A program made the translations under genes and the position numbers. The notes under the pieces are model-generated. The model searched no databases. It saw nothing but the letters and a program-made list of their open reading frames with translations, and had not been told where the DNA came from. Positions 1 to 10,757 of a DNA stretch of 40,035 bases are shown here, in pieces. The number at the start of each line of letters is the position of its first letter. The stretch's first letter is position 1. Origin of the DNA: Jimgerdemannia flammicorona (taxonomy: Eukaryota); assembly GCA_003990765.1 (NCBI GenBank), contig RBNJ01000129.1:1-40035 (forward strand), in the 5' to 3' direction.

Positions 1-574
1 AAAAAAAAAAAAAAAAAAAAAAAAAAAAAGCAATGCCAGTAGAACCAGAGAACAAACCAATGTAGTAGTCATCAAGGAGATTGGTGACACTGATGATGAA
101 GAATACTATGAGGAGCTCGAATTCTACCCTGCTATTGAAGATACCAGAACTCAGTCTAAGCCCTATGACAGGAAGGGCAACAGCAAGCCAGTTGGAAGAC
201 CAAAGAAGACCCCAGCTGTCACTATTCAAAGCAAGATCCAACTCAAGGAGATTGATCAAGATATGGAGTTAGATGAAGCTGCCTACCAAATTATTGAAGA
301 CACTACTCTAGTCTCAAGAGAAAGCAAGAGCAAGAAAGAACAGAAGCTGTACAAGACCAAGATCTATCAGTATGATATCTATAAGAACCTCAAGGAATAG
401 AAGGTCAATGCTACTTTTGGACAACTAGCTGAAGTCCCTGCCTTCAGATAGCAGTTGAGAGTAGGACTTGCAACTACCACCAAGAATCAAGAGTATAAGA
501 TTGTAGAAGCTCACAATGTATAGGAAGAATCTGAAAACTCAGGTGAAGAATCTGAAGATCAGTGCAAGACATCA

Positions 575-930
575 GCCTATACCCCATGTCAGATTGAAGA
601 CTGTATCTTTGATGCCATCATTGATACTGGTGCTGGAGAATGCCTCATGAGCAAGAAGGCAATTGACTGCCTAGGTTGGGACATTGAAGAGTCCACCAAG
701 ATGGTCTATGTTATAGCAGATAGTACAAAAGCTACCCCCCTTGGCAAAATCCGAGAAGTCCCCATCAAGATAGGAGGAGCTACCATCCCAGTAGATGTGA
801 TTGTTACAAGTGCCACCAACTATAACATCCTCATTGACAACTAATGGCTTCACAAGGCCAAGGCTATCATTGACCTCAATACTCAGAAGATGCAGATCAA
901 CTATAGAGGAAGAAAGGTATAAGTTTCTAT
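575..930 (+). pseudogene. Retropepsin-like aspartic protease domain (A1)
   Basis: CQIEDCIFDAIIDTGAGECLMS...NYNILIDN*WL; DTG at 623-631; internal stops. Confidence 0.9.
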
Positions 931-1289
931 CAATGTCCACAAAGAAGTCCTACCAGACATGGAGGAAGGAGATGAAGAGGACACATAGGTCTTCATGTAC
1001 TCAGTGAACAAGAACAAGAACAAGAATAAGACATCCAAGCTCACAGATAAGCAGTGGTACAACAAGATCATCGATGGCTATGCCCCTCAAGGAAGATGCC
1101 TCTATGGTACTAGGATGTACTGCTCTGAACATCTGAATGACTGCTGGTCTTATATCAGTGAAGTCAGAAAAATCCACCAACAGAAACATGAGCAAGAAGC
1201 TGCCAAAGCAAAAAGGAAAGCCAAAGAAGATGACCACCCCCCAGAGCTTCAGGCTGACAGTGATGATGAGGAGGAATAAGAATCAGACA

Positions 1290-1710
1290 TCATCCTCAAG
1301 ATTAAGAAGTTTTACCCCAAAGCCAAGATCCCAGAATATAAGACTGAAGGAGCCATAGGAATGGACCTTGTTAGCATTCAAGATGCTATCCTTGAACCAC
1401 AGACCACCACCCTACTTGGCACTGGAATAGGAGTCAAGCTACCAGAAAACTATGCCAGAATTATCAAGACCAGGAGCAGTCTGGCCAAAAGCAAAATCTC
1501 AGTTGAAGGAGGAGAAATTGATCCTGATTACACTGGCAAGATCTTCCTCATAGTCAGAAATCACAACCCCACTACCCCATTTGAAGTCAAGAAGCATGAC
1601 AGGATTGGCCAGATGCTGATCCACGAAATCAAGAAGCCCAAGATCATAGAAGCCATTGAACTCATCAAGATCAAGAGAGAAGAACAAGGCTTTGGATCTA
1701 CTGGAAGAGG
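1290..1710 (+). pseudogene. dut: dUTPase domain of Gypsy pol (A1)
   Basis: All five trimeric dUTPase motifs recognisable: GMDL, RSSLA, GEIDPDYTGKI, DRIGQML, REEQGFGSTG; in frame with downstream RT in ORF 1361-2248. Confidence 0.95.
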
Positions 1711-1889
1711 AGCCTATGCTGCCACCAAGATTACTGAACTTGAGCACAAGAAAGACAAGGACCAGAACAAGCACACATACACTATTGGAGAAAACTTTCC
1801 CCAAGAAGAACAACTTCTCAAGATCCTGCATCAGAATGAAGGAATACTTGCTATGGACTTCAGGGATATCTACAATCAAGAACCCAAGT

Positions 1890-3206
1890 ACTACTATGAA
1901 GTTGACACTGGTGATACTAAGCCCATTTATCAGAAAGCCAGATCCATACCACCTGCCTACAGAGAATGGCTGCAAGCAGAACTCAAGGAAATGGAAGAAG
2001 CTGAAATCATCAAGCAAGCTATCAGCCCCTGGGCCTCACCCATTATCCTTGCTCTGAAGAAAGGAAGCAAGCCTGGAGAGTTTGTGCCAAGACTCTGCAT
2101 TGACTACAGGAAGCTCAATGCCATCACCAAGAAGGATAGGCAGCCCTTGCCAAATATTCAAGAAATCCTTACCACCCTCAGAAGCAAAGCCAAATACTAC
2201 ACCACCTTGAATCTGTTCTCAGGCTTCCATCAGATTGGTCTCACTTAAGATGTCAGTGAGAAATCAGCCTTCATAATACCTGATACCACCTATATCTATC
2301 TGTGAATGCCATTTGGAATATGCAATGCCCCAGTAAGTTTTCAGCAAATGATAAACAGAGTCTTCAGCAATGAGATTGGAAAATGGCTCTTTGTCTATGT
2401 TGATGATGTAATCATCTTCAGCAATACTGCATAGAAACATATCAATCACATACAGCTAGCCCTCTAGAAGCTCAAGGAGCATGGCCTTTACATCAAGCCC
2501 AAGAAATGTAAGTTTGTGGCTCAGGAAATCATCTATCTAGGACACTTCATCAACCAGACTAGAATCCACACAGACCCCATGAAGATTGAGGCTGTTGCAG
2601 CCTACCCAAGACCCAGAACAACTACAGAAGTCTATGCCTTCCTTGGACTGACTAGCTACTACAGAAGGTTCATCAAAGAATACTCTAATATTACAGCACC
2701 TATCTATGAGCTATTGAAGAAGGAGACTAAATTCAAATAGACCAAGGAGTACCAAGAAACCTTCAAGGAACTCAAGACCAGGCTGACCCAAGCACCTATC
2801 CTCAGAAGACCAGATTGGAACCTAGAATTCATCCTGCAGACAGATGCAAGTACTATAGGACTTGGAGTAGTTCTTGCTCAGACATCAATATATCATCTCC
2901 TATATAAGTCAAGATACCCATGGAGTGGAACAGAACTACAAGTCATGCAAGCTTGAATGCTTAGCAGTGGTTTGAGCAGTAGATAAGTTCCACTACTACC
3001 TAACTGAGAAATACTTCACCATTCAAACAGATCATTCTGCTCTTATCTGGCTATTCCACACTCTGAACCCTAAAGGAATATATGCCAGATGGATCTACAG
3101 GCTGCAAGAGTATGACTGTACTATCAAGCACTGCTTAGGAAGAACCAACACCAATGCTGATGCACTTTCAAGGATACTCCGAAACACCCTCATCAAGACT
3201 ATTTAA
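1890..3206 (+). pseudogene. Reverse transcriptase and RNase H (A1)
   Basis: SPWASPII, RLCIDYRKLN, MPFGICNAP, YVDD at 2396-2407, FLGLTSYYRRFI, LQTDAS, LECLAVV, TDHSAL, NADALSR; several stops and a small deletion near 2880. Confidence 0.95.
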
Positions 3207-3207
3207 T

Positions 3208-4412
3208 ATGAATAAGGAGCTATACTATGGATTAATCAGCTATCTTAGGCAGCAGAAGATGCCCAACCACTTTGAACTCTGGACAATCACCATCATCAAC
3301 CAGACTTGGAAATAGTTTGAATTAGACAATACTATACTCAGAAAACGAGGAAAGCTAGTAATACCTGAACACAAGAAGTATTAAGTAATGAAGGAAGTAT
3401 ATGAGCAAGAACACTTAGGAGGAACCAACACATATGATAAGGCAAAAAGAACTATGTGGTGGCTCAAGATGGAAGAAGACCTGTACCAATTTGTCAAAGG
3501 GTATGATAAGTACCAAAAACAAAAATAAGATCAGCAAGACCAGGCACCCAGGGCATCAAGAATTGAGCCTATCTCCTTCCACCACATTGCAATGAATATC
3601 ATTGGACCACTACCAGTAACATTATCAGGAAACTGCTATATTATAGTTATTATAGACCTCTTTACCAAATAGATAGAGGCAGGAGTATTATATGAAGCCA
3701 ATGCCCTCTCTATAGCCAACTTCCTGCACCAAGAAATCATCTGCTGCTACAAGACACCAAAGCAAATCACACCAGACTGCAGCACAAAATTTGTCAATGG
3801 ATTCCATGAGATAATGTATCAGAAATACAAGATCCAGTATATCAAGACTACTGCATACCACCCTCAAGGAAATGGATAAATAGAGAGAACCAATAAGACT
3901 CTCAAGAACATTCTGGTGAAGATCTCAAAGACATATGAGAATTGGGATAACTATCTCCCAACTGCCCTCTCTGTCCTACAAGACATATGGTCACAGAGTA
4001 CACACTTTACCCCAAAGGAACTGCTCTTCAGAGAAGAAGATTCTGATGGATCCTCAGCTACAAATCTAGACTTAACTTGGAGACAGGTTGTGCAGAAATC
4101 TGGAGGCTACACCAAATCAGGAAGAAGGCTGAAGATTACATTACCAAGTCATAAGTGCTGATAAAAAAGAATACAGAAAAGAATCACAAGACTCTAGAAA
4201 CCATCCAAATCAGAGAAAGGGTCCTACTGTATCAAAATATAGTAGAAGCCTCATGGTTACGAAAACTGGAGCCCAAATGGGAAGGACCCTTCTATATGCA
4301 AGATATCAACAGAACTACCTTCTGGCTTAGAAAAATCTCAGAGACTATACTGCCTACCATGGTACATAGAAACAGACTCAAGAAGTACCATGAACCTATA
4401 CAAGAGAAGTAA
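3208..4412 (+). pseudogene. Integrase (A1), in a separate reading frame with its own ATG
   Basis: MNKELYYGLISYL..., degenerate HHCC zinc finger, NIIGPLP, DLFTK, TAYHPQGNG*IERTNKTLK, KLEPKWEGPF (GPY/F module), VHRNRLKKY; no chromodomain seen. Confidence 0.9.
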
Positions 4413-4766
4413 AACATGATGACTACCCAAAAGGTTCTAGTCCATAAATCATAACAGCATGTTCCATAACCAGCAGACTATCTGTCTAGACCATTCTCTA
4501 AGAGATACAGCACCAGTAACTACTCATCTGTGAGACTTTCAAAGCCAGAGGAGTTTGAACCATCAACTGATTGGTCAAGATCAGAATCAGGCCCTTGCTC
4601 TATATAAAGGGAGTGACTCTTCACTATCATGCCAAAATATAAAAGGAAGATGCCAGCCTATAAACACTACTTTTCAACCCATTACCAGAGGTTATGAGAT
4701 CAGCAAATTTTTCAGAACTGGACCAATGAATAAGAATGCTCAAGAAGATCCTTATCAGGAGGAAGA

Positions 4767-6313
4767 TGTAATAGTGACCCCAGAATGATGACATCAGCAC
4801 AGGAGACAGTCTTTCCTTATAAGCTATCAGATTAGAGCACAAGAAGATCATATGGTATATGAGATGAGCAATGATGACCAATTGTGAGTTATTGTGACCA
4901 CAGTATAAGCATTCTGAGGAATATAAAAGAAGGATCAAGAAACTGCAGTAACAGCAATCAACAAGACCCACCAATCCCAAAATAGCTCAAAGACTCACTA
5001 CAAATGAAATGCCTACTGCCTGTCAAACCTCAAGATCAAGAAACTACCAAGATATCTCAGTTGAAGAAAGGATGTTCCAAGACATCAGAAGAGCCATGAG
5101 GACTCACTCAAAAAGGACTCCTAGTATCAACCTGGGTACTGGTGACTCTTATCACTATATCCTCTACCACTGTGAAATGGAAACAAGGATCACTATTGCT
5201 ACTAAATGTCTCCAAATATAGCAGGAGTATGAAATAGGAAACCTCCTCTGCTGGGAGTTCCCACAGGCCAGCTCTCAAGAGCTACAAGATGCCACTTCCA
5301 TAGATATATATGAGGCAAGAATGGCTAAGAAGATCCATCAGATCTTCAGGCATGTACCATGGTCAATCCCCAACTTGAAGTATGTTAGAGTCTTAGATTT
5401 CAGAGATCTGTCATCCTGCCATATCAATACACTAGAAGCCAGGGTGGCTACAGAAGCCCAGTCCACTATTACTCTCAATAGTGATGAAGTAGAAGACTTC
5501 TGGTATCCCATCCTTCAGAACAACCCAGACCAATTTCTGCAAGGATTGATCTCAGTATTTCAAGGCCCAAGCATCTAGGTTAGACCTCCCCAAGATCCCA
5601 CATTTGTTCCCTATTTTGTAGAAGAGAACCTCATAGACTAGAGAGCTCCAGACCTCCTTCCCACCACTGAATGTGATGACATCATCGGCAATGACATCAT
5701 TCTGTGCAATATTGAAGCATGTGAAACATGCAACATATGTGAGATATGTGGACAATGACAAGACAGATGAGATATTTACAGACCTCATCTCCTTCGAAGA
5801 CATCCTGACTTCTAATGATGAAGCCCCTATAGTCTTGAACATTCTGCTCTAAGTCTCCTAGTTACACTGAATAATACCAGCACCAGCATTCTGAGGTGAT
5901 GCAAAATTATGCTAGCACTGGTATTCTGATGTGATATCAAATTATACCAGTATTCTGAACCTGTACAACCATTAGTACTGACCCTGGAACTTAGTAGTTT
6001 TTCCTGTCCTGGCATTTTGTTTTAGTTATTGGAATTTATATTTAGCTTTATATCTTAGCAACCATTGAATTATATTTTGTATAAATACTCCTCTTATTTC
6101 CTCTGAAATAAAGTCAGTTCTGATTCACTTATACACACTTCCTTGCAAGCAATCTAAGAGATAACAAGATAGTTAAAGATAAGTTTGAGGACTATAAGAC
6201 CTTGGGAAGGCACTCCAATAAGAACTTACTTATAATAAACTTGAGTTAGTCTAAGAGATATACCTTGAAGAGAATCTGGTATATTTGAAGAACTTAGTGA
6301 CCACTATATAACA
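4767..6313 (+). repeat. 3' LTR of A1 (~1.55 kb)
   Basis: Starts TGTAATAGTGACC directly after the PPT, ends ACTATATAACA; homologous to 6887-8438 and 15551-17094, with a divergent segment at ~5640-6000. Confidence 0.9.
5009..5850 (+). pseudogene. LTR-encoded accessory ORF of unknown function (A1 copy; 3' end approximate)
   Basis: ORFs 5009-5221 and 5321-5578 are in one frame, joined through stop codons; the ATG is conserved in all three family-A LTRs (5009, 7148, 15808). Confidence 0.7.
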
Positions 6314-6886
6314 CTATATAGCAATGACTGATGAGCTGGCAAACTATAATAAAGCTATATACTTAGATAATAAAAAGTAGTAAAAAAAGACTATAGATGA
6401 GGAATACAATTAACTTATTAAGAATAATATATAAGATTTAGTCTCTCTTCTGATAGATAGGCAGGCTATTAGATCCCACTAGATATATAAAATCAAATAT
6501 AATAGTAATAATAATATAGAGCAGTATAAGGCTCAATTTGTAGCAAAGAAGTATTTATAAGAATATAGTATAGACTATGATGAGACCTTCTCTCTGATAT
6601 TTAAGCTTATTTTTCTTAGAATACTTCTTATAATTAGAGTTAAATATAACTATAAAATTTACTAAATAGATATTAAGACAGCTTTCTTGAATAGTGATAT
6701 AGATATGGAGCTATATATTAATTAACCACAGAGATACAAACTATATAATAATGAGCAAAAGAAGATTATATATAAATTATATAAAGATCTCTACAATATC
6801 AAATAAGTAGTAAGACTGTAGAATCATAAAATTAATAAATACCTCTTAGGCAATAGATTTAAACATTATATGACTGATCTATATAT
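6314..6886 (+). pseudogene. Ty1/Copia RT fragment 1 (host element)
   Basis: Decayed RVT_2 motifs: DEEYN*LIKNN, YKIKY, YKAQFVAK, IDYDETFS, DIKTAFLN, LYIN*PQ, LYKDLYNIK*. Confidence 0.9.
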
Positions 6887-8438
6887 TATAATGGTGATCT
6901 CAGAATGATGACATCAGCATAGGAGACAGCAATTCCTTATAAACCACCAGATTAAAGTATAAGAAGATTATATGGCATGACTTACCCAGGTTATAAGATG
7001 AGCAATGATGACCAACTATGAGTCATTGGGACCACAATACAAACATCTTGAAGAATATAAAAGAAGGATCAAGGAACTGCAGTAGTAGCAACTCAATAAG
7101 ACCTACTAATCCTAAAATATGTAGCTCAAAGACTTATCACAAACAAAATGCCTGCTGCTTGTCAAACCTCAAGATCAAGGAACCATCAAGATCCCTCAGT
7201 CTAGGAAAGGATGTTCCAAGACATCTGAAGAGCTATAAGGATCTGCACCACAAGGACTCCTAGTGTCAACCTGGGTACTGGTGACCTTTATCATTATATC
7301 CTCTACTATTATGAGATGGAAACAAGAATCACCATTACTACTAAATATCTCCAGATGTAGCAAGAATATAAAATAGGAAACCTTCTCAGCCAGGAATTCC
7401 CTCAAGCCAGCCCTCAAGAGCTACAAGATACTACTCTCATAGATATATGTAAAATAAGAACAGCTAAGAAGATTTATCAGATCTTCAGACATACACTATA
7501 GTCAATCTCCAACTTGGAGTATACCAGAGTCTCAGACTTCAGAGATCTGTCAGCCCATTATATCCATGCACTAGAAGCCATGGTAGCTACAGAGGTCAAG
7601 TCTACTATCACCCTCAATAGTGATGAGGTAGAAGAGTTCTGGTACCCCATCCTCCAGAACAACTCAGATCAGTTCCTATAAGGATTGATCTCAGCATTCC
7701 AAGGCCCTAGTATCCAGGTTAGACCTCCCCAAGACTCCACATTTGTTCCTTATTTTGTGGAAGAGAATGTCATAAATTGAAGAGCCCCCACTACTGAATG
7801 TAATGATGTCATCAGTAATAACATCATTCTACATAATATATATGATGAGATAGATAAAATATTTATAGATCTCATCTCTTTTAGTGATGATCAGAATGAA
7901 GCCCCCATAGTCCTGAACATTCTGCTTTAAAGTTTTTGGTGATATTGAATTCTGCCAGCATCCTTTTTCCATATAACAGTTAATCCTTCCACTGGCATTC
8001 TGATCTTGTATGACTCAGAATTCTTCCAGCATCCTTTTTCTATACTACCAAATTCTACCAGCACCCTGAACTTGTACAACCATCTATACCAATACTGGAA
8101 TCTGTACCAACAACTGTAGTTTTCTGTGTTCCAGTATTTTATTTGGTTATTGGAATTTATATTTAACTTTATATCTTAGCAACTATTGAATTATATTTTG
8201 TATAAATACCTCTCTTATTTCCTTTAAAATAAAGTCAGTTCTAGTTCACTTACTCTCAATTCCACACAAGCAATCTAAGAGATAATAAGACAGTTTAAAG
8301 ATAAGAAGTTTGAGGACTATAAGATCTTGAGAAGATACTCCAATAAGAGCTTACTTATAACAAACTTGAGTTAGTCTAAGAGATATACTTTGAAGAGAAT
8401 CTGACATATTTGAAGGACTCAGCAACCACTATGTGACA
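6887..8438 (+). repeat. 5' LTR of A2
   Basis: TATAATGGTGATC (decayed TGTAA...) to TATGTGACA; TATAAATA at 8201, AATAAA at 8228; contains the accessory ORF from ATG 7148. Confidence 0.9.
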
Positions 8439-8441
8439 ACT

Positions 8442-8460
8442 TGGTGTCCATTGGCTGGTG
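8442..8460 (+). promoter_or_regulatory. Primer-binding site of family A (tRNA not identified)
   Basis: TGGTGTCCATTGGCTGGTG after a 3-nt spacer downstream of the LTR; TGG is complementary to tRNA CCA. Confidence 0.7.
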
Positions 8461-10757
8461 ATTCAAGACAAATCTCTCACTTTCAAGCTGAAAAATGAAC
8501 AACTGTCATAACAACTATCCTGACTACAAGAGTCACCCCTGTAAGAATTCAAGATAAGATAGAAATATGTCTCCCTACATTCTATAGATATACTACTAAA
8601 GAGTCAATCCTGACCTTCATTGAAGACTTTGAATAATTCACTACTGTACAAGCCCTCAATATAGATGTACAATTGGCCCTTCTATCAGTCAGCCTCAGAG
8701 GACCTGTTAGAGACAAGTTCAATACAGCCACTATTGCTGATAATGGTGTAGCCAGACTTGCCAACATGAAGACCTTCCTCAGAACTATATACTATACTGA
8801 AAAGATCAAGCAAGCTCTCAAGGATCAACTCAATACTATCTGCCAGAGACTCAGTGAAGATCTCAACTCATTCTATATCTGAATCTGCCACCAGATTGTC
8901 TTAGTTAGCTATGATAACTGCCTCAAGGAACAAATAGTGGATTCAATCTTTCTCAAAGGAGTTCACTCTGAAATTGCCCTAGAAATCTGGTCTACCCTAG
9001 CTGTACTGACTCTTGATCAGAAAGTGGTCTTTGCATAGAGATATTGGACTGCCAGACATCCTGCCAAACACTCAATGGAGAAAATAACTAGTATCAAGAT
9101 AGAGCCATCAAAGCCAACTAGTATCATACTTGCCATAGTTGTAAACAGACAACTATCTCTACCTATCCCCAAGATAGCCAAAGCTGACCCAGTAGAGGAA
9201 CTTGCCAAGCAGTTTGCCAAGATGACTACATACCTTGGTAATGTTGTTAGAGAAGTCTGAAGTACTAACAGGAGACCAGTACAGATATTTGCAGCTACTA
9301 CAGAAGAATGTAATATTACATACTTCAGATATAGAGAAGAAGGCCACTATGTAAAGATTTGCATAACTGAAACAAGATACAAAGCCCAATTAAGTAATGC
9401 CATCAGAACCAGAGAACAAACCAATATAGTAGTCATCAAGGAGATTGATGATACTGATAATGAAGAATACTACAAGGAGTCTGAATTCTATCCTGTTACT
9501 GAAGGTACCAGAACCCAGTCCAAGCCCTATAATAAGAAGAGCAATAACAAGCCAGTTGGAAGACTGAAGAAGACCCCAGCTGTCATTATTCAAAGTAAGA
9601 CCCAATCTGAGGAGATTAATCAAGATATGGAGTTAGATGAAGCTACTTGCCAAATTATTGAAGGCACTACTTCAGTCTTAGAATAAAGTGTAAGTAAGAA
9701 GGAATAGAAGCTGCACAAGACCAAGATCCACCAGTATGATATCTATAAGGACATGAAGGAACAGAAGGTCAATGCTACTTTTAGACAACTAGCCAAAGTC
9801 CCTGCCTTTAGATAGTAGTTAAGAGTAGGACTTGCAACCACTATCAAGAACCAAGAATACAAGATCATAAAAACTCACAATGCATAAGATAATGATCAAG
9901 AAGACTCAGATAAAGAATCTGAAGACTAGTGCAAAACATCAGCCTATATCTCATATCAGATTGAAGATTATATCTTTAATACCATTATTGATACCAGTGC
10001 TGGAGAATGCCTCATAAGCAAGAAGACAATTGACCACCTAGACTGGGACATTGAAGAGTCCACCAAGGTGGTCTATATTACAGCAGATGGTATATAAGCT
10101 ATCCTCTCTTGGCAAAATCTGAGAAGTCCCCATCAATATAGAAAGAGCTACCATCTCAGTAGATGTGATTGTTATAAGTATCACCAATTATGATATCCTC
10201 ATTGGCAACCAATGGCTTTACAAGGCCAAGACCATCATTGAACTCAATGCCCAGAAGATATAGATCAACTATAGAGAAAGAAAGGTATGAGTCTCTATCA
10301 ATGTCCACAAAGGAGTTCTACTAGACATGGAAGAAGAGATGAAGAGGACACAGAAGTCTTCATGCACTCAGTGAATAAGAATAAGAATAAGAACAAGACA
10401 CCCAAGCTCACAGATGAGCAGTGATATAACAAGATCATTGATGGCTATGCCTCTCAAGGAAGTTACCCCCATGGTACTAGGATGTACTACTCTGAACACC
10501 TGAATGACTGCTGGTCCTACATCAGTGAAGTCAGAAAAATCTACCAACAAAAGCATGAGTAAGAAGCTGCTGAAGTAAAAAGGAAAGCTGAAGAAGATGA
10601 CCAGCTCTCAGAGCTGCAAGCTGACACTAATAATGAGGAGGAACAAGAACCAGACATCACCCTCAAGATCAAGAAGTTTCACTCTGAAGCCAAGATCTCA
10701 GAATACAAGACTAAAGAAGCCATAAGAATAAACCTTGCCAGTATTCAAGATACTACC

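Larger units (their letters stand above)
30..6313 (+). mobile_element. Ty3/Gypsy LTR retrotransposon family A, copy A1 (5' part missing; degenerate)
   Basis: Domain order PR-dUTPase-RT-RH-IN; PPT CAGGAGGAAGA then 3' LTR; colinear with copy A2 from ~9393 onward; Copia sequence begins right after it. Confidence 0.95.

Noticed and set aside
1361-2248. Retrovirus or caulimovirus origin suggested by the dUTPase
   Set aside because: RT, RH and IN motifs and the GPY/F module are Ty3/Gypsy-like; no env, movement protein or TM segment was seen.
2264-4412. Alternative genetic code or systematic stop readthrough to explain the in-frame stops
   Set aside because: Stops differ between copies A1 and A2 and replace Gln, Arg and Trp alike, as expected from C-to-T decay.
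7799-8438. A shorter ~640-bp LTR with a tandem shared-LTR array for family A
   Set aside because: The PPT, TGTAA start, TSD and Copia junction all place the LTR start at 4767, 6887 and 15551.
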